Source: the human T2T-CHM13v2.0 reference genome, Homo sapiens
Assembly (NCBI GenBank): GCA_009914755.4
Contig: CP086569.2
Span: forward strand, 20,384,001-20,448,000
Reading direction: 5' to 3'
Length of the DNA: 64,000 bases
Below are positions 26,447-40,000 of the stretch, piece by piece. A program made the position numbers and the translations under genes. The notes below the pieces were generated by a model. It saw only the letters and a program-made list of their open reading frames with translations, was not told the DNA's origin and ran no database searches. How positions within the stretch are numbered: position 1 is the stretch's first letter; the number at the start of each line of letters is the position of its first letter.

Positions 26447-27277
26447 CTCTGAATCTCTTGGTGATCTCACATGCCCTGCTCCTGGCACCCCAATCTGGAG
26501 CCCTGATCTGAAACTCTTTACCTAGCAGTTCCTCTAGTTGCACATAAACAATGAAAATATAGTTTAGCTTCAGGTTTTCAACATTAGCAAAACTCTGTAT
26601 CCATGCAAATCAATATGACAAGTACGACCTAAAAGCTCTATCTGCCCTGTGTCGATGTACATTAATCATTCCCCCCCATCATCTTTGAGATCACTAGTTA
26701 TGTTTTCTGCTAGGTTAAAGATCTTCGGACAGACTTGCCGCCGAATCTAATCGCCAGGAGTGAGCAGGCGATGCTGGTTGGGGTGACAGGGTGCTAAAAA
26801 ATAACCAAGGGAGAACAGCTCGATTATTAAAACCCACAACGACTCTCACTCGACAAAAATTCATACAATCCCTTGGCAGAATGTACTGGGGACAACTGCC
26901 AAAAGCAGTCTAGATAGCTGTAGACCAGGGCAATTTGTCCACCTCAGGGACTGACAAAAGAGGCCAGTCACTCTGACCAGAACGTCTTCTCATGGCTCAG
27001 CTACCTGTGCCTCAGCAAAGAACAGACTTTCCAGAGGGAATCGGGAATTCTGGCCAAAAACACTGAAGAAAAAAGTCAGTATGAGTGGTAGCCAAACTTG
27101 GCCTCCTGCCATTCTGACTAGATCCCTAGCAGGGCTGAGACATAACAGCAGGCACAAGAAGCCCTGATGCAGGAGGGTCCCCTCTTGCAGAGAAAAGAGC
27201 TCACCTGCCCCATGTGTGGTCCTCAACGCACTCATGCACACATGAGAATTGCACTGAGGCCTAATAAAGGACCTTTT

Positions 27278-27576
27278 GGGCAGGCACGGTGGCTTAAGCC
27301 TATAATCCCAGCACTTTGGGAGGCTGAAGTGGGGGGAATCACCTGAGGTGAGGAGTTCAAGACTAGCCTAGCCAACATGGCAAAACCCCCTCTCTACTAA
27401 AAATACAAGTATCAGCTGGGCATCATGGCAGGTGCCTGCAATCCCAGCTACTTCGGAGGCTGAGGCAGGAGAATCGCTTGAACACAGGTTGTGGAGGATG
27501 CAGTGAGCCAAGATTGGGCCACTGCACTCCAGCCTGGGCAACAGAGTGAGACTCCATTGCAAACAACAACAACAAA
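27278..27576 (+). mobile_element. AluS
   Basis: 'gggcaggcacggtggcttaagcctataatcccagcactttgggaggctgaagtgggggg...gcactccagcctgggcaacagagtgagactccattgcaaacaacaacaacaaaa'. Confidence 0.9.
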
Positions 27577-29196
27577 AGGGACTTCTGAGCTCCTTCAGGC
27601 CTGGGGCTGGTGGGAGGTGGGGAACAGGGGTGAAGAAGGGGCTATTGTATGAGATACCACACCTCAGGCGTAAACGCACAAAAGCCCTTGCCCCTCCCAT
27701 GTTTTTCAAAACCTCCAGGATGGCATTCCCAGGGCTACCTGGACCTTCTGAGGAAAGTCCTGGTGATCCTGGGGTTCTGGTGGCATTGAGGCCCAGCCAG
27801 CAGCCAACATGGGCTCCACCCAACAGCAGTCTTGCCAGCTTAAATCCTGCTATGCTGGGGTAGTGAAAAATCCTTGAAGCAGGGCAGAATTTACATGCAT
27901 GTCTGGGTTGGTGGGGGCTTATGCTAATCCACCCTACACAGGCCTTCCTGATGGTTCTCCAGAGGGGTTGGGGGGGAAGTATACAAAAATGAAAGCATTT
28001 TTTTTTTGGCTTTGTCTTTCCCAGGCCACCAGACCCTGCATCACTTGAGACAACAGAACCACAAAATATGCAACATCCACTACTCAGGTTCAGAAAGTGG
28101 AAAGATATTCCTCCCTTTTTCCATCATCATCCATCCATTCAAAGTCAATAACTCAAAATCTCTTAGAAATCTTGCTTCATGCTCAACACATACCCTCTTT
28201 TCTGCTCCATAATGAAAGAAACAATAACCAGAATAAATTTGAAGAATTGAGGGCCATCCACATTCAGGTACGTCACTTTGCCCTCTGTTTCCTGTTTCTG
28301 TTTCTGAAAAAGATGCACTATTTCACTGTGAACAAAAATGTTATGTGCATGAATGTGGTTGTGTAACCCATGCTTCCTTCACAGTGTTGTTCTCTCTCAT
28401 CAGAAAAGCCTTCATTATGCATTGAAGAGGTTTTCCCATTCAGCTTGTGTCCTTAAGCATGGATAGACAGATATTCATGGAACCACCTTCACACCTTTAA
28501 ATGGGCTTTGGTCCCTAGCAACATCTCACAAAATTTCTGCCCAGTATTAAATTAAACAAAATCCCATATTTTTTCTCAAATACAGTTACACTTTCTGTCT
28601 TTGTATTTGCCTATCAATGTTTACATTTCTAGTTCTTAATGGACAACTGAGCACCAAGTGTCTTAATTTGTCTTAGTGCATGTTAGCCTGACACACATCT
28701 TAAACTGAACATTCTTGATACATACAGCTCCCTAAATTGAAATTCAAATTGTCTTGTTCTACCTACTACCAATAACATGATAACATCCACAATCCAGAGC
28801 AACATGGTTTTGAAAAAAAAAAGGAAAACAATTTTGCGAATTAGTAACATTTATAGGGCACCAAATGTTTGATCTGTAATCCATCCATGAATGAGCAGCT
28901 CTGCAAAGAACTGCACTAATGTCTTCATGGTCATTAAGTTTTTAGACCAATCTAATATCGGCACCCCAAATCATCCACACATCAGTCTCCTGCTGCTGAA
29001 TGAAGGCTGTTTCCCTCCACTTTTCTGATTCTATCTCCTCAAAAGTTCAAAAGATGTCTATTTAGGTCCCGTTTGCTCTCTCCAATGCCTAACCGTAGAC
29101 ATTGGCATGGCACTTTAGGCTCATGTTCTCAGTGTGCATCTGTCTTGCTCAGGACTCGTACCCATGTTACAAGGCTGAGCAGACCCTCCTGTACTT

Positions 29197-32100
29197 GGAA
29201 TAGTTTCAGAAGGAATAGTACCATCTCCTGCTTGTACCTCTGGTAGAATTTGGCTGTGAATCCATCTGGTCCTGGACTTTTTTTGGTTGGTAAGCTATTA
29301 ATTGTTGCCTCAATTTCAGAGCCTGTTATTGGTCTATTCAGAGATTCAACTTCTTCCTTGTTTAGTCTTGGGAGGGTGTATGTAGTATTTTCTGAAGGTA
29401 GTTTGTATTCCTGTGGGATCGGTGGTGATATCCCCTTTATCATTTTTTATTGCATCTATTTGATTTTTCTCTCTTTTCTTACTTATTAGTCTTGTTAGCA
29501 GTCTATCAATTTTGTTGATCTTTTCAAAAAACCAGCTCCTGGATTCATGGATTTTTTGAAGCATTTTTTGTGTCTCTATTTCCTTCAGTTCTGCTTTGAT
29601 CTTAGTTATTTATTGCCTTCTGCTAGCTTTTGAATGTGTTTGCTCTTGCTTCTCTGGTTCTTTTAATTGTGATGTTAGGGTGTCAATTTTAGATCTTTCC
29701 TGCTTTCTCTTGAGGGCATTTAGTGCTATAAATTTGCCTCTACACACTGTTTTGAATGTGTCCCAGAGATTCTGGTATTTTGTGTCATTGTTCTCAATGG
29801 TTTCAAACAACATCTTTATTTCTGCCTTCATTTTGTTTTGTACTCAGTAGTCATTCAGGAGCAGGTTGTTCAGTTTCCATGTAGTTGAGTGGTTTTGAGT
29901 GAGTTTCTTAATCCTGAGTTCTAGTTTGTTTGCACTGTGGTCTGAGAGACAGTTTGTTATAATTTCTGTTCTTTTACATTTGCTGAAGAGTGCTTTACTT
30001 CCAACTATGTGGTCAATTTTGTAATAGGTGTGGTGTGGCGCTGAAAATAATGTATATTTTGTTGATTTGGGGTGGAGAGTTCTGTAGATGTCTATTAGGT
30101 CAGTTAGGTGCAGGGATGAGTTTAATTCCTGGATATCCTTGGTAACTTTCTGTCTCGTTGATCTCATTGTCTAATGCTGACAGTGGGGTGTAAAGTCTCC
30201 CATTATTATTGTGTGGGAGTCTAAGTCTCTTTCTAGGTCTCTAAGGACTTGCTTTATGAGTCTGGGTGCTCCTGTGTTGGGTGCTTATATATTTAGGATA
30301 GTTAGCTCTTCTTGTTGAATTGATCACTTTAGCATTATGTAATGGCCTTCTTTGTCTCCTTTGATCTTTGTTGGTTTAAAGTCTGTTTTATCAGAGACCA
30401 GGATTGCAACCCCTGCCTTTTTTTGTTTTCCATTTGCTTGGTAGATCTTCCTCCGTCCCTTTATTTTGAGCCTATTTGTGTCTCTGCACATGATATGGGT
30501 TTCCTGAATACAGCACACTGATGGGTCTTGACTCTTTATCCAATTTGCCGTCTGTGTCTTTTAATTGGATCATTTAGTCCATTTACATTTAAGGTTAATA
30601 TTGTTATGTGTGAATTTGATCTGGCCATTATGATGTTAGCTGGTTATTTTGCTCATTAGTTGATGCAGTTTCTTCCTAGCATTGACGGTCTTTACAATTT
30701 GGCATGTTTTTGTAGTGGCTGGTACCGGTTGTTCCTTTCGATGTTTAGTGCTTCCTTCAGGAGCTCTTTTAGGGCAGGCCTAGTGGTGACAAAATCTCTC
30801 AGCATTTGCTTGTCTGTAAAGGATTTTATTTCTCCTTCACTTATGAAGCTTAGTTTGGCTGGATATGAAATTCTGGATTGAAAATTCTTTTGTTTGAGAA
30901 TGTTGTTCCCCACTCTCTTCTGGCTTGTAGAGTTTCTGCCAAGCAATCAGCTGTTAGTCTGATGGGCTTCCCTTTGTGGGTAACCCGACCTTTCTTTCTG
31001 GCTGCCCTTAACAATTTTTCCTTCATTTCAACTTTGGTGAATCTGACAATTATGTGTCTTGCAGTTGCTCTTCTCGAGGAGTATCTTTGTGGTGTTCTCT
31101 GTATTTCCTGAATTTGACTATTGGCCTGCCTTGCTAGATTGGGGAAGTTCTCCTGGATAATATCCTGCAGAGTGTTTTCCAACTTGGTTCCATTCTCCCC
31201 ATCACTTTCAGGTACACCAATCAGACGTAGATTTGGTCTTTTCATATAGTGCCATATTTCTTGGAGGCTTTGTTCATTTCTTTTTATTCTTTTTTCTCTA
31301 AACTTCTCTTCTTGCTTCATTTCATTCATTTCATCTTCCATCACTGATACCCTTTCTTCCAGTTGATCGAATCAGCTACTGAGGTTGTACATTCATCACA
31401 TAGTTCTCATGCCATGGTTTTCAGCTCCATCAAGTCCTTTAAGGACTTCTCTGCATTGGTTATTCTAGTTAGCCATTTGTCTAATTTTTTTCAAGGTTTT
31501 TAGCTTCTTGGTCATGGGTTCTAACTTCCTCCTTTAGCTCAGAGTAGTTTGATCGTCTGAAGCCTCCTTCTCTCAACTTGTCCGAGTCATTCTCCATAGC
31601 TCAGAGTAGTTAGATCATCTGAAGCCTCCTTCTCTCAACTTGTCCGAGTCATTCTCCATCCAGCTTTGTTCCATTTCTGGTGACTAACTTCATTCCTTTG
31701 GACAAGGACAGGCGCTCTGATTTTTAGAGTTTCCAGTTTTTCTGCTCTGTTTTTTCCCCATCTTTGTTGTTTTATCTACCTTTGGTCTTTGATGATGGTG
31801 ACGTACAGATGGGGGTTTGGTGTGAATATCCTTTCTGTTTGTTAGTTTTCCTTCTAACAGTCAGGACCCTCAGCTGCAAGTCTGTTGGAGTTTGCTGGAG
31901 GTCCATTCCAGACCCTGTTTGCCTGGGTATCAGCAGCAGAGGCTGCAGAACAGCGGATATTGGTGAACAGCAAATGTTGCTGCCTGATCATTCCTCTGGA
32001 AGTTTTGTCTCAGAGGAGTATCCGGCTGTGTGAGGTGTCAGTCTGCCCCTACTTGGGGGTGCCTCCCAGTTAGGCAACTGGGGGGTCAGAGACCCACTTT

Positions 32101-32787
32101 AGGAGGCAGTCTGTCTGTTCTCAGATCTCTAGCATCGTGCTGGGAGAACCACTACTCTCTTCCAAGCTGTCAGATGGACATTTAAGTCTGAAGAGACTTC
32201 TGCTGTCTTTTGTTTGGCTATGCCCTGCCCCCAGAGTTGGAGTCTGCAGAGGCATGCAGGCATCTTTGAATGGCAGTGGGCTCCACACAGTTCGAGCTTC
32301 CTGGCAGCTTTGTTTACCTACTCAAGCCTCAGCAATGGTGGGCACCCCTCCCCCAGCCTTGCTGCCACTTTATAGTTTGATCTCATACTACTGTTCTTGC
32401 AGTGAGTGAGGCTCTGTGGGCATAGGATCCTCCGAGTCATGCACGGGATATAATCTCCTGGTGTGCCTTTTGCTAAGACCATTGGAAAAGTGCAGTATTA
32501 GGGCAGGAGTGACCCGACTTTCCAGGTGTCATCTGTCACCCCTTTCTTTGGCTAGGAAAGGGAATTCCCTGACCTCTTGTGCTTCCTGGGTGAGGTGATG
32601 CCTCTCCCTGCTTCGTCTCACACTCGGTGCGCTGCACACACTGTCCTGCACCCACTGTCCAACACTCCCCAGTGAGATGAACACAGTACCTCAGTTGGAA
32701 ATGCAAAAATCACCCATCTTCTGTGTCACTCACGCTGGGAGCTGTAGACTGGAGCTGTTCCTATTTGGTCATCTTGGCTCCACCCTG
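29197..32787 (-). mobile_element. L1PA-type LINE-1 (minus orientation): complete 5' UTR and ORF1, then ORF2 only to about codon 560, so it is 3'-truncated
   Basis: The minus-strand ORFs in the track are unmistakably L1 ORF1p (30850..31344, '...RIKRNEQSLQEIWHYMKRPNLRLIGVPESDGENGTKLENTLQDIIQENFPNLARQA...') and the ORF2 EN/RT N-terminus ('IYRTLHPKSTKYTLFSAPHHTYYKIDHIVGSKALFSKCKRTEIITNCLSDHSANKLELRIKKLTQNHSTTWKLNNLLLNDY'). The 5' end reads 'ggagctgttcctatttggtcatcttggctccaccc', the reverse complement of the L1 5' terminus. L1 homology stops abruptly at about 29197 with no 3' UTR or poly(A). Confidence 0.85.
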
Positions 32788-32811
32788 ATTAACTTATTCC
32801 TGTGCAAAAAG

Positions 32812-34618
32812 CTGAAATATCTCTACAATGAAAACTGTAAAATATTGGTGCAAGGAATTGAAGAGGACACAAAAAAATGGAAAGATAGTCTATGCTTAGA
32901 ATTCTCAAGAATCATTATTGTGAAATGTCCATACTATCCAAAGTAATCTACAGATTCAATGCAATCTCTGTTGAAATATCAATTCTATTCTTTGCAGAAA
33001 TAGGAAAAACCATCTTAAAGTTTATGTGGAACTACAAAAGACTCAGAATCCTGAACAAACAGAACAAAAAAGGAAGAATTATATTTACGTGTCTTCAAAT
33101 TATACTTCAGAGGTATAGTAATCAAAGCACGATGTAGTGGCACAAAACCACACACATAGACTGGTGGAACAGAACACAGATCCCAGGAACAAATCCACAG
33201 ACCTATATGTAGTTAACTCATTTTTTTACAAAGGTGCCAAGAACATAAGTTGGTGAAAAGGACAGTCTCTTCAATAACTGGTGTTGCAAAAATTGGATAT
33301 TCATATGCAGAAAAATAAAACTAGACCCTATCTACCACCATATGCAAAAATCAAATCAAAATGGCTCAACCACTTAATTTTAAGCCTTCAAACCATGAAA
33401 CTACTACAAGAAAATATTGGGGAAACTCTCCAGGACAGTGAACTGGGCAAAAATTTCTTGAGTGCTACCCCACGAGCTCAGGCAACCAAAGCAAAATTAG
33501 ACAAATAAGGTCACAGGAAGCTAAAAAGCTTTTGCACAATAAAGGAAAGCAATTAACAGAGTGAAGAAACAACCTGCAGAGTGGGAGAAAACTTTGCCAA
33601 ATATCTGTCTGACATGGGATTAATCACCATAATATATAGGGAAGCTAAACAACTGTATTTTTAAAAATCTAATAATTCAATTTAAAAATTAGCCAAAAAA
33701 ATCTGAATAGACATTTTTGAAAAGAAGACCTATAGGCTTATGAAAAGGTGATCAACATCATTGAACATTAGAGAAATGAAAATCAAAACTACAATGAGAT
33801 ATCATCTCACCCCCATTAAAATAACTTTTGTCCAAATAAGCAGTTACAAAAGGGAACTCTCAAACAATGTTGGTGGAAATGTAAAATAGGATGATCATTA
33901 TAGAGGCCATTTTGGAGGTTTCTACAAAAAACTGAAAATAGATCCAGCAATCCTGCTGCTGGATATATACCCAACAAAAACCAAAACAGTATATGGAAGA
34001 GATATCTGCATTCCCATGTTTGTTGCAACACTGTTCACAATAGGGAATATTTGGAAGCAATCTAAGTGTCAATCAATAGAGGACTGCATAAAGAAAATAT
34101 AAGTATACTCAATGGAGTATAATGCAGCCATGCAAAAGATTGACATCCTATTATTTGCAATAACAGAGTAAACTGTAGTCAAATATGATAATCCCAGAAC
34201 AGAAAGACAAACTTAGCATGTTCTCACTTACTTGAGGGAGCTAAAAATAAAAACAATTAAGCCTACACAGATAGAGAGTAGAAGGATGGGTATGAGAACC
34301 TAGGAAGTGTAGTAGTGCATTGGAGGAGGAAGTGGAGATAGTTAATGGAACAAAAAAATAGTGAAGATCTATTATTTTATAGCATAATGGGATGACTGTA
34401 ATTAATAATAATTTAATTATACATTTAAAAATAGCTATAAGTGTACAAATGGTTTGTTGTAACATAATGTATAAATGCTTGAGGCAATTGATACCTCATT
34501 TACCCAGGTATGATTATTACACTTTGTATGCCTGTATCAAAATAGCCTACATATTCTATAAACATATACCTCTACTATGCACCATGTAAAATTAAAAAAT
34601 TAAAAATTGAAAAAAGAA
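32812..34618 (+). mobile_element. Older L1 (L1MA/L1PB-type) covering the ORF2 C-terminal half plus the 3' UTR and A-rich tail; 5'-truncated
   Basis: ORF2-like ORFs lie at 32892..33137 and 33281..33508 ('...KVIYRFNAISVEISILFFAEIGKTILKFMWNYKRLRILNKQNKKG...'). The 3' UTR reads '...gtaacataatgtataaatgcttgaggcaattgatacctcatttacccaggtatgattattacactttgtatgcctgtatcaaaata...aaaattaaaaattgaaaaaag'. Confidence 0.75.
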
Positions 34619-36329
34619 CTCTAATTGCCATATGAGAGTCATCATAGGTGCCCCTGTAGACAGCTCACCTAATCCTCCAGCCAACAGCTGCCATCAACTG
34701 GCCATGTGAGTGTGCCATTTTTGACATCCTTTGGATAACTACGACCCGAGGTGATATCTGACAGCAACCCATCCAAGTCTTTACTATGGTGAAAGAGAAT
34801 TACTACCCTTGGCCCTTCTAACAATTCCTGACCCAGTGAATTGTGAGCAAAATAAGCTGTGTTTTAATATGTGATGTTTGGGGTAATATGTTAGTCAGCA
34901 AATAGTAAGTAAAACAGATCCCTGGTGTAAAGTAAGTAAAACAGTTGCCCCAGGGTGCAAAGGGGTTGATAATTTGCCCATGGTTTCATACCTAAGGGTT
35001 AGTGCTAAGACTTAAACTTCAATGCTAAATCCAAATTATTTTATCACAGTATCTTCTCAACATCTCTTGATAGTTTCTTTCTATTGAGAACCTTATTTTC
35101 AGACTCAGTTGATTTCCAAACCTCTCTGCACATCAGAGTTAACTGTATACAGGTTATGATAGAGATTGCCATTCCAATTCTATAAAGTCAGATTTTAAAG
35201 GCATGAGACCAGGAATCTGCATCCTAAAGTGGCACCCCAGGTGACACTGAGGCAGTCTGTGAAGCTATCAGTAGATCCTACTGCTCAGCCAGGATATTCT
35301 AGACTAATTAGAAGTGACCAGCAAGATTTCCTTTGAAATATTTTCAGCATTGGACAATTACTCAGTTGTGTGCTTATCTGGTTATATTTAGACTTTATGA
35401 GCCCTAACTTCTGCACTATTTTCTTGACCCCTAAAACTAGAAGACAAAAGCTAATGGTATTGTATCTGGCAAAAAAGTGTTTTTTGAGCAACTCAAGTGT
35501 GGCAACACCTTCCTAGATTTTGGGGTCATTGCCTTCTAAGAATGAAGCATTAGGATGAGGACCTAAATGTAAAATCACTTCAGAACATCAAATGACAAGT
35601 GTTTGTGACCATAAGCACAATGGAATGGAAAGAATTATACCCAAATATGCTAAGAAGTATCAGTTTAAATGAGGCCCAGTGGAGGAAATTTTACCTGGGG
35701 CTGGATGTCTAATGAGATCTGAAAAGCAAAAAGATTACTCCAGGTAGAGCCTAGGAGCTTAAGCTCCAAGGGCAGAGAGGAGAAGAAATGTATTCAGTGG
35801 GAAGGGAACAGTTTACACGGTGTAATTTAAGACAGCTTTAGAAGTAGAAGAGAGAGATAAAGCAGACTTGGGAAATGGGGAAAGGCTTGAAGCTGAATTC
35901 AGATTTTTATTTTTTCCATTTCCAAATTCCAGTGTTATTAAAGATCAAGTACTGAACTCTATATTTTATTGAAAATAAAAATAAATTAATAGAATTTTCT
36001 TAGCAGATTATTTAACATTTTCCCCTGCGATATTTTTACAGGAGATACTGTGAAGAATTTTTAAAGGAAAAATAATTTGTTTCTGCCATTTTGGAACTTT
36101 AAGAATCCCACCATTTTTAGCTACTAAAATGGCTAAAACATAAAAGTGAGAAAATTCTGAGGGCTGGCAAGGGGAACTCTCATATATGCCTAGTGGAAGT
36201 GAAAAAAAATTGATAAAATTTGTCACACCTGTGGTCCCAGCCACTCACGAGGCTATATTTTTGCACACGTATTTTACATGTCTACATAAATAATATGTGT
36301 AGCCTCCAAATATATGCACATGTGCATAA

Positions 36330-36845
36330 ATATAGATGAAAACATTATTCTTAATGACAAAACCAAAAGTAGCCAAATGTTCTTCAACTGTAGAACAGAT
36401 TATTTAATTTTGGTATAGTCACACAAGGGAATATTCAGCAATGAGCATTAATGAACTACAATCATATACAACAGTAAATAAATTCCATAAACATAATGTT
36501 AGGCAAGAGAAGCCAACCAAAAACAACCTTTATTTTTATAAAATACACAATATATAAAGCCAATCAATGTTGTTAAAAGTTAAGAGTTACAGACATATAA
36601 GTTTACACATAATTAATGCATAGCTTGCTGAGAAACAACATCCATGTAACCAGAACCCAGTTTAGAGATAGAATATCATCACTCTGATAGTGACAGCAAG
36701 GCAATCAGGAATTTCTAGGGAAGTGGTGATTTTCTATTCCTTAAACTGAGTTCTGGTTACATGGATGTTGTTTCTCAGCAAGCTGTGAACTAACTATGTG
36801 TATACTTGTGTGTCTGTATGTTTCACTTCAATAAAAGTGTTAAAA
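36330..36845 (+). mobile_element. Old L1 3'-end fragment (ORF2 C-terminus plus 3' UTR, L1M-type)
   Basis: '...gtagccaaatgttcttcaactgtagaacagattatttaattttggtatagtcacacaagggaatattcagcaatg...' is L1 ORF2 C-terminus-like. The 3'-UTR motif 'ttctggttacatggatgttgtttctcagcaagctgtgaactaactatgtgtatacttgtgtgtctgtatgtttcacttcaataaaagtgtt' matches what I remember of the L1M 3' UTR. Confidence 0.6.
36624..36783. repeat. Near-perfect inverted repeat (about 44-bp arms with 1-2 mismatches and a 76-nt loop) inside the L1 3' UTR
   Basis: The left arm 36624..36665 is 'cttgctgagaaacaacatccatgtaaccagaacccagtttag'. The right arm 36742..36783 is 'taaactgagttctggttacatggatgttgtttctcagcaagc', its reverse complement with one g/a mismatch. 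Confidence 0.8.
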
Positions 36846-36867
36846 GTTAATGTAGTTGGGGATAAAA

Positions 36868-36915
36868 CACAATACAATACAATACAGTGCAGTACAGTAC
36901 AGTACAATACAATAC
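36868..36915 (+). repeat. (TACAA)n/(TACAG)n pentanucleotide repeat
   Basis: 'caatacaatacaatacagtgcagtacagtacagtacaatacaatacaag'. Confidence 0.8.
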
Positions 36916-37067
36916 AAGAGAAGGGCCCAAGAAGGGTCTGTTAGACCAGAGTAGGAATCATTGGAATTTTGGCAAAGTTGCCAATAAAATCTGAGGCTAT
37001 GCTGCAGTTTCCAGAATGCTCCACACTCTCCATATTGTATTGTTCTAAAGAACAACTATTAGAAGAG

Positions 37068-40000
37068 CCTACCAGGAGGGACCAAGATGATCAAATAAGA
37101 ACAGGTCTGGTCTGCAGCTCCAAGTGAGGTCAACGCAGAAGGTGGGTGATTTTTGCAATTCAAACTGAGGTAATCAGTTCTTCTAATTGGGACTGTTTAA
37201 GCAGGGAGGCACAGCCCATGGAGGGCAAGCAGAAGCAAGGTGGGGCTTCACTTCATCTAGGAAGTGGAAGCAGCTGAGTACCTCCCTCTCCCAACCAAGG
37301 GAATTCATGAGGGACTGTGCTACCCATATGAGTTACTATGCTCTTCCCACAATTTTTGAAATCTGCAGATCAGGAGATTCCCTTGTATGCCTACATCACC
37401 AGAGCCCTGGGTTTCAAGGACAAAACTGGGTATGGTTTGGGCAGACACTGAGCTAGCTGCAGGAGTTTTTTTAATGCCGCAGTGGTGCCTTGAACCCCAG
37501 TGAGACAAAGCCATTCACTCCCCTGGAAAGGGGGCTGAAGCCATGGAGCCAAGCCGTCTCACTCAATGGATCCCATTCCCACAGGACCCAGTAAGCTATG
37601 AACCACTGGCGTGAAATGCTCACTGCCAGCGCAGCAGTCTGAAGTCTACCTGGGACAATCCAGCTTGGTTCAGGGAGGGGCATCCACCATTACTGAGTAG
37701 GTGGTTTTCCCCTGACAGTGCTAAGGAGGCTGGGAGGTCTAGGCTGGGCCCAGCAAAGCAGCTGTGGCCAGACTGCTTTTCTAGATTCCTCCTCACTGGG
37801 CAGGGCATCTCTGAAGGAAAGGAAATAGCCTCAGTCATGGGATTACAGACAAAACCCACAACTCCTTGGGACAGAGCACCTGGGGGAAGGGCAGCTATGG
37901 GAGCAGCTTCAGCGGATTTAATCATTATTGCCTGCCTGCTCTGAAGAGAGCAGCTGATCCTGACAGAGGGATTTCTCCCAGCACAGTACACCAGCTCTGC
38001 AAAGGGACAGACTGCCTCCTCAAGTGGGTCCCTGACCCCCGTGCCTCCTGACTGGGAGAAACCTCCCAACAGTAGTCGACAGACACCTAATACAGGAGAG
38101 CTCTGACTGGCATCAGGCTGGTGCCCATCTGGGGCACAGCTTCCAGAGGAAGGAATGGGTAGCAATCTTTGCTGTTCTGCAGCCTCTGCTGGTAATACAC
38201 AGGTGAAAAGTGTCTGAAGTGGACCTCCAGCAAACTGCAGTAGACCTGCATAAGAGGGACCTAACTGTTAGAAGAAAAGCTACAAAACAGAAAGCTATAA
38301 TATAAACATCAGCATAAAGGACCCCCACAAGAAAACCCCATCCAAAGGTCATCAGCCTTAAAGATCAAAGATAGATAAGCCATGCAGATGAGGAAAACCC
38401 CACACAAAAACTCTGAAAATTCTGGAAACCAGAATGCCTCTTCTCCTCCAAATGCTTACAACTTCTCTCCAGCAAAGGCACAAAACAGGATGGGGAATGA
38501 GATTGACAAATTGACAAAAGTGGGCTTCAAAAGGTGGGTAATAACAAACACCTCTGAGCTAAGGGAATATGTTTTAACCCAATGCAAGCAAGCTAAGAAC
38601 CTTTATAAATGGTTAGAGGAACTGCTTGCTAGAATGATCAGTTTAGAGAGGAACAAAAATGACCTGATGGACCTGAAAAACACAAGAACTTTGTGAAGCA
38701 TATGCAAGTATCAATAGCCAAATTGATCAAGCAGAAGAAAGGATATTAAAGGCTGAAGACCAACTTACTGAAATAAGGTGTGAGGACAAGATTAGAGAAA
38801 AAAAATGAAAAGTAATGAACAGTCTCCCATTAATATGGGACAATGTGCAAAGACCAAACCTATGAATGATTGGTGTAACTGAAGGTGACAGGGAGGGATA
38901 ATGAAATCAAGTTGGAAAACACACTTCAGGATATTACCCAGAAGAAATTCCCCAACTAGCAAGACAGGCCAGCATGCAAATTCAGGAAATACAGAGAATG
39001 CAACTAGGATACTCTTCAAGACAAGCAACCTCAAGAAACATAATCATCAGATTCTCCAAGGTTAAAAAGAAGAAAAAAGTGTTAAGGGCATCTGAGAGAA
39101 AGGTCAGGTTACCTACAAAAGAAAGCCAGTCAGAATAACAGTGGATCTCTCTGCAGAAACCTACAAGCCAGAATAGATTGGGGGCCAATACGCAACATTC
39201 TTTAAGAGAAGAATTTTCAACCCAGAATTTCATATCCAGCCAAACTAAGCTTCATAAGCAAAAGATAAATAAAATCCTTTCCAGACAAGCAAATGCTGAG
39301 TGATTTTGTCACCACCAGGCCAGGTTTATAAGAGCTCTTGAAGGAAGCACTAAATATGGAAAGGAAAACCTGGTACCAGCCACTGAAAAAATGCAGCAAA
39401 ATATAAAGACCAATGACACCGAAGAAACTGCATCAACTAATGTGCAAAATTACCACCTAGCATTAAGATGACAGGATCAAATTCACACATAACAATACTA
39501 ACAATAAAAGTAAATGGGTTAAATGCCCCAGTTAAAAGACACAGACTGGAAAATTGGATAAAGAGTCAAGACCCATCAGTGTGCTGTATTCAGGAGACCC
39601 ATCAAAAAACCAAGAGTTGCAACCCTAGTCTCTGATAAAACAGACTTTAATCAAACAAAGATAAAAAAAGACAAAGAAGGGCATTACATAATGTTAAAGA
39701 TGTCAGTGCAACAAGAAGAGCTAACTATCCTAAATATATATGCACCCAATACAGGAGCACCTAGATTCATAAACAAGTTTTTAATGAACTACAGAGACTT
39801 AGACTCCCACACAATAATAGTGGGAGACTTTAACATCCCACTGTCAATATTAGATCAACGAGACAGAAAATTAACAAGGATATTCAGGACTTGAACACAG
39901 CTCTAGACCAAGAAGACCTAATCAACATCCACAGAACTCACCAACAGACATCACCAACCAAAAACATCCAGGACCAGATAGATTTACAGACAAATTATTC

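Noticed and set aside
29129-31344. Multiple medium-sized ORFs on the minus strand (for example 30850..31344 at 164 aa, 29844..30167 and 29610..29831)
   Set aside because: They are L1 ORF1p and ORF2p remnants of the L1PA element, not host genes. The translations match the L1 proteins nearly residue for residue.
29197-34618. Twin-priming (5'-inverted) single L1 insertion as the explanation for the minus-strand L1PA next to the plus-strand L1 3' half
   Set aside because: The geometry fits roughly, with an inverted segment over L1 coordinates ~1-3650 next to a direct segment over ~4100-6000. But the direct segment has an L1MA/PB-type 3' UTR and ORF2 much more diverged than the young L1PA-type inverted segment. 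They are therefore probably two elements of different age. I keep this as an alternative, not the call.
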